A stretch of DNA of 64,000 nucleotides from Thalia democratica (Eukaryota), in contig OZ241826.1 of assembly GCA_965202585.1 (NCBI GenBank), forward strand, positions 44,702,001-44,766,000, read 5' to 3'. The position numbers and the translations under genes are program-made. The notes under the pieces are model-generated. The model worked only from the letters and a program-made list of their open reading frames with translations, did no database searches and was not told the origin of the DNA. Below, piece by piece: positions 28,801 through 39,668 of this stretch; the stretch's first letter is position 1; every line of letters starts with the position of its first letter.

Positions 28801-30878
28801 ACAATATTTTTTGTTTTAATTTACACGAAGTATTTTTAAGTTATAGCATAATTAGTTTACTATGGTAATTTTGATTAGTCCTTTTAAATAACTTATTTAG
28901 ACTTACGTTTTATAAACTTGTATAAAAATTTTCAGTTTAAAGTTCTTAAACAAATTTCAAACATTACTTTAATTATTTTTCAACTATTTTTTAGTGTTAA
29001 ATAACTTTTTTCTCTACTTTTACCGCAAGTGTACATTACTATTTTTCAAAACGACTGAAGCAATTTATCTTGTAGGTATCATAACAGATCAATTTAGTTT
29101 TGATTATTAATACTAATTTGATAAATTTAGTTGTATATAAAGCATAATCTGTTTAAATTAGTCTTTTATAAACCACTAGTAACAAACTTTTTTGTATGTG
29201 TTAACTTGCTTCAATAGGATATTAGATATACTTACATTATACATAAATATGAATATCTTTGAGTTGTTTATAATAACATATATAAATATTATCAGTAGAT
29301 AAATAACTTTATTTCTACTTACATAGTTTACGAACTATAAAGAAATAAAACTTGCCTATCATTTGTTGAATTTAATTCTTTTGGAAAGTTTTTGAACTTT
29401 TGAAAAAATCTTCCTTTATTTTTGTTGTCAATTTTTAAACTGTTTATTTTATACACCAGTTCAATTTTACTGTAGTTAAACGTTTCAATGTCTAGATGTT
29501 TTGTGAGCTCATAACCATATCTAAAAACAGTTAATCTAATAGTTTAACTTTGTAACTGTTTTTAATTAGCTTTTATTTTTTAACTTTTTTTTTAGTTTTT
29601 TTTTTTAACAGAAAGTTTTACATAAACAACCTTGAAACAAAAGTTAGTGTAATATTAAAGGTAATAAGCCTTCTTGATTTAATAGTTTAAACTACATTCT
29701 TTTAACCAAAACTTAGCATTACACATGTTTTTATGCAGCAACTTTTCTATTAATTACCAAGTAGGTGGTTTAACAAGGTTACACCTTTAAAAGTTGCTTT
29801 TCTTGTTGCAAAAACAAACATGTGTAGACGGTGCGTAAACATTTATGCTATTACTAAATTAAAACGTTAATAACTAGAATACTAGATGGTGCGCTAATCT
29901 GTTTTTGACCATGTAGTTAACACAAAACAGTGCTAAAAAGTTCAACCCTAGCTTGCTCTTAAAGTAAAGACTTGTAAGTTCTTACTATAATTAAGATAAA
30001 GTTGAAAGACTAGTAGATTATGCATTGTAAAATTTTTTACAAGATGTTCTAATTTAACTGAAATCTTAAAACTAGTTTAAAGAATAACTAACGTGAAAAC
30101 GCATATTCGAGTTGATTGATAAACTGGAGTGGGCTTTACGAGATCTGAAGCTACACTTGCCAACAACTGCTTCAAATTTACAAAATCCTCGTTGGAAACA
30201 CTGTTGTCTATTGCAAACACAACCTCGAGGCTCAGGGATTGCAAGCAAGAGGACAACGTAAACTTCCCGCTGATGCGATCTACTAAGAAAAACGTTAGAA
30301 GGAACTGTAGAATGGTGTAAACTGATTTCATGTTTAAAAATAGTGATTCTAAGCTGTTTTAGTTTTGAAAATAACCATAAGTCTTCTTAAATTTTGAAAG
30401 TAATTGAGTTTTTCTGATGTTATTCAAAAAGTGTCATCTACACGACTACCTATTTATGTAAAAAAAAGTACAATTAAGTGTTCTATTCACACCCGAAAAA
30501 CTAAAATATAAGCACACATTATTGATTTCTATCATTATACCGTGAAATCAAAACGCTTAGAGCTTTCAGTAATTAACTTTTTTAAGTATGAGTGTTTATA
30601 TGGGTTGCTTTGGTGTAAAATTTTTTTAAAGAAGTTTATTAATTTTTTGTAGAAATAGCACATAAATTACTTTTTTACATAAAATCATTTCGTAATAAAC
30701 GTATAAAAACGTGAAGAAATTAAAAAAAGCTATATTAATTAGGGCTATAACAACAATAAATCTAACAAACTAATGCAATTGAGCAAACCATACTCAAATC
30801 AGTTTACAAGTGTCATAAATATAAAAATATTTGAATAAAACGTTTGCAGCAATAAACAAAACCAAGCAAACAAAACAT
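1..30878 (-). CDS. Giant multidomain mosaic serine protease (enteropeptidase/corin/nudel-like), about 63 exons, >3,400 aa, 3' end outside the window
   Basis: Hand-spliced exons with compatible phases, 5' to 3': 30878-30842, 30282-30093, 29520-29356, 28541-28388, 27633-27474, 27348-27061, 26986-26934, 26875-26828, 26752-26578, 26364-26238, 25803-25613, 25294-25173, 24673-24508, 23969-23765, 23562-23389, 23081-22861, 22683-22554, 22476-22294, 21526-21357, 20507-20417, 20180-20024, 19697-19562, 19496-19378 (or 19339), 19229-19069, 18751-18612, 17484-17181, 16976-16854, 16510-16347, 16242-16002, 15746-15523, 15150-14985, 14775-14553, 14461-14301, 14184-14007, 13696-13516, 13241-13161, 13010-12868, 12695-12520, 12393-12266, 12100-11913, 11733-11574, 11359-11245, 11179-11025, 10811-10695, 10338-10181, 10079-9987, 9940-9900, 9618-9455, 9246-9115, 8130-7990, 7675-7476, 7177-6967, 6911-6711, 6324-6060, 3284-3179, 3106-2965, 2651-2550, 2395-2124, 1853-1652, 1419-876, 714-551, 195-131, 69-<1. 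Sum is about 10,260 nt with no in-frame stop. The start exon (MFCLLGFVYCCK, signal-like) is tentative. Confidence 0.8.
2124..7675 (-). other. Second CUB, fifth MAM and LDLa modules
   Basis: IKSPRYPENYPLATKCTWRIVAP...CEYDYIQVY...FSDELITKKGF (CUB); CDFSNGIC...TGPRRD, GSYLYLETS, CLTFAYDMYGRSIG, VIFEGVRG..SDIAIDDI (MAM); CDGKVDCFGGADESQC (LDLa). Confidence 0.9.
7268..7358. repeat. Short dispersed repeat with hairpins (second copy 47858-47948)
   Basis: Shared AAGTATTTGGTCCT.GG..CTGGT and ACGT.TTGTCC. A 9-bp inverted repeat at 7282-7290 / 7350-7358 encloses the GACC-TTTC-GGTC hairpin. Confidence 0.5.
10695..11359 (-). other. CUB domain C-terminal to protease 1
   Basis: CSKTFFNVSQGYIASPGWPEPYDNDIRCEYRI...VELHFETYSLE..DFVHVYEG...FESNWSVVSSGFFATF. 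Confidence 0.9.
11574..13010 (-). other. Protease domain 1: S1 serine protease with intact triad
   Basis: CG...VILR|IIGGQDSKPRHWPWMASLQ; HQCGGTVISNKFVLTVAHC (His57); WDVALVEL (Asp102); PICLP; MLCAG; GDSGGPLIC (Ser195); SWSTGC; SWISQ. Confidence 0.95.
13161..14775 (-). other. CUB-like, LDLa and TMPRSS-type SRCR domains upstream of protease 1
   Basis: CGG...ACLWRL...LTVYDG (CUB-like); CDGKRGCLDGSDEKNC (LDLa); ISEDFANSACQQQGF (SRCR as in hepsin/TMPRSS/enteropeptidase). Confidence 0.7.
14985..19496 (-). other. Three divergent MAM-like domains and an LDLa repeat
   Basis: Each starts with CDF/CEF/CTF (CDFDDLDSC, HCEFIGG, VCTFED). Partial MAM motifs: YVTHGTYLSVKLN..IWKT..NGWRNA, ALVDDITI, CVMVEY, IQISQIRV..RCP. 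Then CVVPEQLCDDINDCGDWSDE. Confidence 0.6.
19562..22476 (-). other. Two LDLa repeats and a canonical MAM domain
   Basis: [59 protein letters not shown]...DFDW...TGPSIDHT, GSYLYAEAT, FFYHMFGKNMGTL, GNQGFFWNKA, IILEATRG...GDIAIDDV. Confidence 0.9.
22554..25294 (-). other. LDL-receptor YWTD beta-propeller followed by an EGF-like cysteine module
   Basis: Blades FIIWID, GLFRPVALAIDSLDHNLYWSD, LAVDPFGRYLFWSD...KIERSDLDGENR, KLYWID, KLIWLN; then CSLPQACDDICIS. Confidence 0.85.
25613..27348 (-). other. Three fibronectin type III repeats
   Basis: SIKLYWFPP...FRNLKPSTFYKITIHPY; AQVNWLGDNSITSYY...LTNLKLGYRYQIFVES; APDSVRNLKASKTDELTVLVEWQAPKTGIYDSFVI. Confidence 0.8.
27474..30282 (-). other. vWA domain exons of the mosaic protease
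   Basis: LEVVFAIDNSVS (DxSxS intact), TRICVFTYG, PSVLIILNGGESQD (TDG becomes LNG), IRVMSLS, FVSPPYMQNIVMYKNL...SATLC follow the vWA strand and helix order. Confidence 0.75.
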
Positions 30879-33823
30879 CAACACTCTGTGAATTGCGAAT
30901 TTTCGCCTCGAGATATCTGCAAAAACGCTTGTCGCACTAAACACTAACAAAAGCTCGAACTACATGCCAAATTCGCTTCTCACATAATTCAATTAACAAC
31001 ATCATTTTTGTTATTTGTAAAACAGCAACTGATCGAATAAAATTTCAGTTTCAAGAAGAAAAAAGTTTTGCGTACTTTAGAAACTTTTTCTGGTGTTCTC
31101 TTGCTAAATTCTATCAACTTTAATGTGTCGTAAATTTTTTTGATAAATAATGATGCTGTTTGATTACATCACAAATGTAAAAGGTGTGTTCGAACGTCGA
31201 CGAAATCAAAGAAAGTCGCAAATTATGTTTTCTTTGATCCACTATACATAAGTGGCTGTAAAAAAGAACACTAAATTGTTTTCCAGCAAAATAAAGTCAC
31301 GTATGTTTCTTGTAAGACACTTCAGTTGAACAAGTGTAAAGAGCAAATGATCAGAAGTAGAAACTAAGTTTGTAAAAAGACTATTTTTTATTACCTTACA
31401 GCAATTTTGCATTACGTTATAATTAAAAGTTTTGTTAGCAGTACCTTATCCGTAAAAAAACGAAGAATTTCACTTTTAAACAACTTTATAGTTTATAAAA
31501 AAGTTTGTTGAAAGTTTAGTTATATAATGACTAAAACAATGTTTCGAATAGTTTGAAACTATCTTTACTGTTTTTAAGCCAGTTTTTACTATTTTTAAGT
31601 CTTAATTAAGTAAAAGTATGTTCTAGAGTAATACTGCTTGTCTCAAGTTTTTTTACTTAAAACATTGTTATTTAGATACCTTTTTAAGCTAATAACAATC
31701 TAAATTTAAATTGTTAAAAACTTTACTGTCAGTCTTGTTTGGAGCTGTCAAAGAACAATTTTTACATCACATATGTTATATTCTCGCTAATACATTTAAA
31801 ATAAAGTTTTAATACTGTTTAAAGACCTTTTAGTTTTGTTAAACTTTTGTTTTGTAACTTCAGCAGTCATTATTACTTGCTTTGTTTAAAATTTAGGCGT
31901 TTCTTCCATTCAAGTTTAAAAATAGTTTTTATAGTTTATGATTCAAACTTCATACTGTTTTTTAACAATTTACATATTTCCAAAATTTACTTATTTTATT
32001 TATAATGCCTGTTTTTTGTGATTCAATGAAAATGACAAAAATATTAAACTCTAACCAAATGTTTTTGTTTAATAAAGAACGACCGTTTAGCAGATCTAAA
32101 AACTTTGGGTATTCGAGCTTTTAGTTCCATAATTAAATGTATTAGATACAGTTGCAAGAAGACTAAATTTGTAGTTAGTTGATTATATTACAACAGTTAA
32201 CTATTTTTTAAAATCTAAATCCAAAAGACTGTTGACATAGAGTATTTTTTATTACAATCTTATTTAGAGAACTACTGATCTCTAGATAAAAACATTAAAA
32301 CATTTGTTTAGTTTATTATTTAGCTTAATGCAATTCAAATTCCCATTATGCTACATTCAGCTGCTTGCTTTATTTTTGACTTTCCAAACATTTTATTTGT
32401 AAAGTTTTGTTTAGAGTTGTGGATTTAAATTTCATGTCTGACAAATTGGCAATGCTATTTTTCTTAAAATTTCGCAAATTTTGAAAATAGAAATAATCGC
32501 GAGCGACAATTATAGTTTTAGTTACTACTTTTCAAAACAAACCCCGAAATATCTAGTGCAAGTTTTAAATCTCCCTAAAGTTCTACCTGAGTCCTATTTT
32601 TACTGTTTATTTCAAACTCTAGAATATATTCAAATTTTATTTTGCGGGCAGATTTTCATGCTCGCGTGCCGTATTTTACATTTCGCGGGGTTCAGTTTAC
32701 CGGTTCCTGCTTAGACAAATAAAGCTATAAAGTTTCGTTTAGTTCTATCTCTGATGTTGCACTTTTTTATTTTAACTATCACGGTGTACTTTCTACTTAT
32801 AATAATACAACTTTTTTATTGTTGCTCACTGCTAACATTTTAGAGAATAGAGTTAATAAAATAATTATATAGTTGTTTGTAGTAGTTTGTTTAAACCTGA
32901 TAAATTATTCTTAAAACTCAGTAAATTTTTCTCACTACTTTTGCAAGAATCCGTTTTATTATACAGATTTCAGCACATCTTTTGCATTTATTATTTTCAT
33001 TTGGACACTTTTTAATGTTTTTGACCGCTTCAATTATTATTAACGCTTACTGCAAAACACTATTATTTCAAGTGAGGATTGTTTGCTTTCTGTAAATTTC
33101 GAGGATAGTTTTCTCATCTTTTTTTTAAAGTTATATAGCCTTCAAACTTCAATCATAAAAATTGGTTATTTACTTCCGGGTTTCCCCGTAATTACAAACC
33201 AATTCCTTAGTTAGATTCTTAATTGTTTACGTACAAACAAGAAGTTTTGTACTCTTTATTATATATACATTTGTTCTGCTTTTTAGCAGTTTATAAAATC
33301 TTTTGTTGGATTTTACACATTTTGTTTAGTTTTAGAAGTATAACAATTTATAAAGCCAGAGTTAGTTGAGCATTGTTTTAAATTTATACTTAATACAAAA
33401 CACGCTATGATTTCAGTATGCAACTTCTAAAAACTAAATAAATAGCTGTATTAAGTTTACAAATGAAAACAATTATAAATAGTTTGAAAAATGCTCAAAA
33501 AAAAAACAATTTCTCTAAAAGAAATACCCAGGTGGTTTTAACAAGTGTTTTTTCTGAATAATAGTAATAAAAAATAAATAGTTCATAAAGCTTTACACGT
33601 GTAATGTTGTATACAATTCATTACAAATCAAGTTTTGTACTTGAAATTAACTCTGTTTAAAAAAATATTAAGTTGAAAATAGATTGAAGAACATTTAACA
33701 ATCTTTTTATACAAAAAATAAATCCATACTTAACAAGCAATAGTATTATTCTTGATTCTGAAGTAAAAATATTATCTAAAAAAATTTAAATGCTTAATCC
33801 TCATGATATACACAATGCACAAA

Positions 33824-36800
33824 TCAAATAGTGTATTTGAAATTGACTCCGCTCCCCTCCAATTTTTCCTCCACCATTCTGTCCCACTCTTCCGACTGCC
33901 TGACTGTTAAGTGGTTCTTCCATCCGCCCACTCCGCCTGGTGTTAAAAAAAAAACTAAATTGTATTCAAGGATAAAGTTTGTTGGTTTGTCTGTTTAGTA
34001 TTTTAAAAGTTTGTGTTTAGACGACTTCTTTTATGAAAACTTTGAGTTTGGTTTACAGCGTCTTATTATGCCCGATGATAGTTAGATGCCTGCTTGACCG
34101 ATTTTAGATTATAACTAATGGTTGAATATAACATGTTCTTAGCATGTAATTAGTTGTGTAGTAATAAAACTTATGAATAATTTACTAAAACACGCGTTTT
34201 GATTTACATAAAACGTATTACCAGAATATTCATTTGTTTACACATAACATATGCAAAACACTAAAATCTTTAATTAGGCTTTTAAAAAAGATGGTGTTTA
34301 ATAGCTTGTTTGTGTTACAGTTTTTATTTTATTTTTAAAGTAAAATTTTTGAACTCGGTGTACTTTTGTTGTAAAGTTTAAATTACAATTTGTTAAAGTA
34401 ATTTATAAGCCTCATCTAAGTGCGAAGACATGTCACCTTAAAACACAAACATATCTGCTACTTAGCTTTGCTGTTAAGTTTTTTAAAAATTTAAAACTTA
34501 AAACTACTAGTGCAAAACTGTTTATACTCTATAAAAATGTTTAACAAACAATTGTGAACTATTTATCAGCCACCTTTGAACACGAACATGGGGGCCAGCT
34601 GCGCGTGAAACCCGACTCTCTTCTGATAATTCTTCCGCATGCTGGCGATGGTGCACTCATTTGCGATTTCCTCCAACTTGTCGTCGGAAACTTCAACTTG
34701 CAGATACTCAGCCAGCTTCCTCACTTCGCCCTTGAAATCCTGTGAAAAAATTTGAATGTTGAAACATTTTCAAGAAACAACAAGGTTGGGGTTTAACTAC
34801 TGTTTCGTAAAAATTGTCAAGAGTTGCGTTGAGGATAAGCTTCAGCTACTTTTTTCTTCGAAGTAAAAGTGATTAAATACTATTTCTAACAGTTTTTATC
34901 TTTAGTAAATTAAAAATGTGTTATTGTGACATGTACGAACTACTTTAAACTTCCATACAAGTTTATACTTGAAAAGGAATTAAATATGTTTTTAATAGCT
35001 TAACTTTTAAAGTATATTACACTTTATTGAGTATTCTAAAATCTTATCATATTAATAAAAAACAGCGTAACTTCAATATTAAAATTAAAGTTTAACTTTT
35101 ATTACAAGTTTCAAACAAACCACAAATCTTTACAACTTAAACCCGAATTAAACAGAAAAAAAATTTAGGTTCAGCTCTCAACATCTTTTTTTTTTCGAAA
35201 TCGATGATTTTCGTTATAACTAATGCAAACATTGTTTCAAATATTGTCAACAAACTTGTTGAAGGTTTTCGTAATAGACAATGTAAACATTATTTTGTTG
35301 CACATGCTTCATCCAATCAACGATGTGATCCAAATAGTTCTGATCCCTGTATCCGTCTATCGGGATTTCGTCTTAAATTTATTTTTTGTGTTTTACTGTG
35401 ATTCTATTTTCTTTTAACTACAGTGAAAAAAATTTAAACTTAAGAATCTTTAAACAGTTTAAAAATAATTACAATCGTTACTATTTGTTTATATAAAAAA
35501 AGAAATCAAATAGCTTAAGAAGCTTGTTTTTGTTTGATAACATTACATTTAAAGTTTAGAACTTACAAAAAAACTCTTAAATTTTTGAGATGTTCATATT
35601 AGTTTTTATTTTAAGCAAAAATTAAAAGACAGTTGTTGCGAAAAGTTTTTACTAAGTAGACACAAGTTGTCTACAACAAGCATGAATAGTTACTATAAAC
35701 GTTTTTTTTTAGTGTAACCAAGAAGGGTTGTTTAAGATTTCTTTGGTAAACATACAATTCATATAAGCTTCATAGAAACTCTGAAACCCGTTTGAAACTA
35801 GCCATTTCATTGGCTCAACTGAAAATGGCGGCAATTTCTTGCAAAAGTTGAACATTGAAACCATGACGTCTTTTGGGTTGCGAAGTACGTATACTATCTA
35901 AAATCGATTGACGAATTACCTTTCAATAGTTTTTAATTTCATAATGTGTCTAAAAAAACAAATAGGGCTCTATTTAGTTTCAGTTTAGTTTACTTACTTC
36001 ACTTTTTTTTACTGAAGTAGGAAATACAAAAAATTTTACAGTCTTTGTTTCAAAATTTGGTTAGAAAGAAATTTTTTTTGTAGGTTTTACAGAGTTATAG
36101 ATTGTAAAAACAATAGTGAACAGTAAGCCACTTAAGTAGCGTCTAGCAAAAATGGATTTACTGTATAAGTTTAAACACTGTTGAAGTAATAAATCGACAT
36201 ACTTTTAATTTATTTATACACATATATTTATACAAAATAAGTCAAAACTTTAAAATATATACCTTTACAAATAAATTACACTACAACTTGCTAATAAAAC
36301 ACAACTAGACAATCAAACGTACGATAACTAAAACAAACTTTGGTGTTCTTTTTTTTGAACATTTCCAGATCGAGATCGCCCGCTTGAAAGTGAGTAGAAA
36401 ATACTCGGCGTTTAAACGGCAGTTCGTTGAATATTTCCCATTTCTTTGCTGTCAAGAAAAAAAAAATACAAAGTATTTTATTTACCCATTGATTTACTAA
36501 ATTATTAGTTTTAAACGGCTTAGAATATCTTTTAAATACATAAACTTCATGGAAAGCTTTCATATTGTAAATCAAATAGTTATAAAGTATATAAAACAAC
36601 ATGAATTATTTAATAATGTGTATATTTATACTTGTGGTTAACTGAGTGTGAGAAGAAAAGTTCTAAGATTATAAAAATATTAAAACACTGATTGCAGTCT
36701 AATATGAACCTAGTGAAAAAATAGGACAATATAGCTTTTAAAATATATAATAGAATATTATTTAGAAGTAAAAAAAACCTTGTACATAAATTAATGTTAA

Positions 36801-37631
36801 GTTGACTTACGAGATCCAACTTCAAGTATGTTGAGATTCATTGGCATCAGCTTCCATTTGTTAAACTCTTCCGTATCTTGAAACATCAATCTGTTTATTA
36901 TTTCTAACGTCCAGTTTGTACCTAGCATAAATATCAGGATAAATTTATTTGACTTAAAACTTTTTAAATGGTTCAGCAACAAAAATTTTGTAAAAGTAGT
37001 GTTTCGTTTTTAAAAGTTATATTTTTGAAATGTTTTTATAATCTTAAAGTAGTTGTTATAATAATTTTAAATGAAAACTAACAAAAATTCTTTTTTAAAT
37101 TTACTTTTTTATGTTTTAATACGAGAAAATATAACCAAGTGATGTACGACTTGATAAGCGAAAGGTTTTTTCGTGCACCAAGTCCGTGGACCAAACACTT
37201 TGAGCACTTTTTTGTCGTTCAATAAATAATATTCAACAAAAAAAAGGGTATAAAATAAATGTGCATAAATAAATTATTAAAGTACATTATTTTTTCGGAA
37301 AGTTTTTTACAAAAAATGTCTACATAAACTTTTTAATGCAGCTGATTATTATTATCACAGCCAGCCTAGCATAACAGAAAAAGATTAAAAGTAATATTTT
37401 AAGTAAATTACCTGTTTTAGGGTAAGCAGCAAGCAGTACTTCCCCTTCGTTGAAAGTCATGTTTTTGTTGACCTGGTCCATTACCTTCAGCCCGTTCTGG
37501 TGGAACACGGAGAACATGTCCTTGGCCTTAGTTCCCTCTAACGTGTACTCCTTCAGCGAGTCGCTCTCTAAAACTTCTTTCAATATGGGGACTTTTTCCT
37601 CTGGTATCAGCTTCGTTAGCCCTTCCTCCAT
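33824..37631 (-). CDS. Cytosolic sulfotransferase (SULT1-like), 7 exons, 325 aa
   Basis: Exons 37631-37412, 36921-36811, 36448-36339, 35897-35756, 35371-35256, 34739-34574, 33936-33824 (978 nt, GT-AG, in phase). Motifs: YPKTGTNW (5'-PSB), STHF (catalytic His), YVLRNPKDVMVS (3'-PB), YYENL, KGGVGGWKNHLTVRQSE. Confidence 0.93.
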
Positions 37632-37916
37632 CGTTGTATAAGTGATAAAAAAAAAGTATCTGTTTTAATTTTATTGATTAAGAAGAAAAACGAGTTTTAG
37701 TAAATTAAATAAATTCAACACTTAACTTCACAAATTTTTATTTGTTACTAAAAGATATAAAAGTATGTTGTACTCTAGCAGAAAAATTTCTAGGTTTAAT
37801 AAACTAAAAAGAAAACTGTTTTAAAAAAATGCGCGTTAACTGTTTTTAATATTTTTTAAGTTGTTTCTAGGTTACTACAAGTTTAAACAATAACTTGAAC
37901 TAAAGATGCTTACAAC

Positions 37917-39668
37917 TAGTGATGTACCGGACTCACTATCCGGGTCCGGGTCCGGCCGGATATTGCCATTTTTGTCTGATATCCGGATCCGGCCGGATTC
38001 TAATTTGAAAAAAAAGTCCGGATCCGGTTCCGGCCGGACTCTAATTTGAAAAAAAAGTCCGGATCCGGTTCCGGCCGGATTCTAATTTGAAAAAAAAGTC
38101 CGGACCCGGATCTAGTTAGTAAAAAAGAGCATACTGAAAAGTATTTTTTCAAAAACAAACCCTGTGTAAATTAATAAGAGTCATTTTCGTCAGTTAAAAT
38201 TAAACACCTACCGTGATTGGCTCATTCATTACACGTGACTAATTTACATTTGTATACATTTGAACTATGAAATAAACATTTCGTAAATGCAACTCTTTAC
38301 ATATCTTATAAAATTAAGAGCTTTAGAATGAATACTTGCATTATTTATTGTTTTAAGTTGTGGTCAGAGAATATTTAGAGTTAATACGGTTGAATGTACG
38401 AGCAAATGAGAGTCATATGACAAAATGTTTCAAACTAAATATTGATGCAACAAAACATCAGAACATGACAGGCAGTTTATATGTAAGCAGTTAGTTAGTT
38501 TAGTGTGCAGCTTGAAGCAACAAAATATCTTGAACTTTTTTGTGAATACTTATTGTAAGTAGTGTTTTGTTTTAAAAGTGAATATTTCAACTGGTGTTTA
38601 ATTGTTTAAATATTTAAGCCAGGTTTATAGTTTAATAGTTTATTAAAAATTCTACAGTTTCTTGTTTACTAATAGTTTTATTTAATTTTTAGTTTGTTCT
38701 TTTAAGTCTTTTGATATAGATTTAAATAGCTTCCAGTTTTTAAAGTGTTACTAAATTAATTAATAATTTTGTATATGCTAGTATTTCTTGTTGTGTTTTA
38801 TATAAAAGATTCATCTCTCAAAACTGTCGTGTCTGATTATAGAAAGTAGTCTCAGTTAGAATTTAGTATTTGTTAGATATTAACTAAATAAGGTAGGATT
38901 TAATTATGATGGATAGTACTAATAAGTTAAGTGTACCACAATCAGTCCACAACTTTACTACCAAATTGTCAACCTTTGCTAGCTGTCTGATTGTTAGATT
39001 AAAGTAATTTTTTCAGTTTTTAAAAACCTCATTCTGACTCCGACTTGTTTATACAAACTCTAGCTAGTTAAATTGACTTAAACAATGGCAACCCTGCTGG
39101 TTTGAAAATTTTTGGGAATTTTAGAAAATCTTGGACTGCTTCAGGCTAGTTTAGTTTTTTATAAAAACTCAGGCTAGTTTTCTTTTAGATTTTGAATGAG
39201 TTTGAGCTAGTCCAGTTTTCAATATTTTGTATTTTTCTAGTGTATTTTGTTCCAGAACTTGATTTCAGATTTTTAATTGTAAATAAGACCTAAATTTGTA
39301 AACCTTGTGGCCAGCTGTTCTACTTATTATTATATTAAAGTTCTTTTTTTTTTCAGTTTTTAAAAACCACATTCTGACTTAGGCTAGTTTATACTAGTGA
39401 TGTACCGGACTCACTATCCGGGTCCGGGTCCGGCCGGATATTGCCATTTTTGTCTGATATCCGGATCCGGCCGGATTCTAGTTCGAAAAAAAAGTCCGGA
39501 TCCGGTTCCGGCCGGACTCTAATTTGAAAAAATAGTCCGGATCCGGTTCCGGCCGGATTCCAATTTGAAAAAAAAGTCCGGATCCGGTTCCGGCCGGATT
39601 CTAATTTGAAAAAAAAGTCCGGATCCGGGTCCGGCCGGACCCGAAATTGTGGGTCCGGTACATCACTA
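37917..39668. mobile_element. Composite non-autonomous hAT-type element with 16-bp TIRs and an 8-bp TSD
   Basis: Left TIR TAGTGATGTACCGGAC at 37917; right TIR GTCCGGTACATCACTA ending at 39668; direct repeat CTTACAAC at 37909-37916 and 39669-39676. A second left end begins at 39395. Confidence 0.9.
37975..38112. repeat. 41-bp subterminal tandem repeat of the hAT element
   Basis: Unit GTCCGGATCCGGTTCCGGCCGGA(C/T)TCTAATTTGAAAAAAAA starts at 38016, 38057 and 38098 (last copy partial). The same array recurs at about 39455-39640. Confidence 0.9.

Noticed and set aside
31000-33800. tRNA, rRNA or snRNA genes in intergenic DNA
   Set aside because: I could not recognise a cloverleaf, A/B boxes or conserved rRNA/snRNA sequence here or elsewhere in the window.
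37975-39640. 41-bp repeats as a CRISPR array
   Set aside because: The units are contiguous near-identical copies without unique spacers, lie inside TIRs with a TSD, and there are no cas genes.
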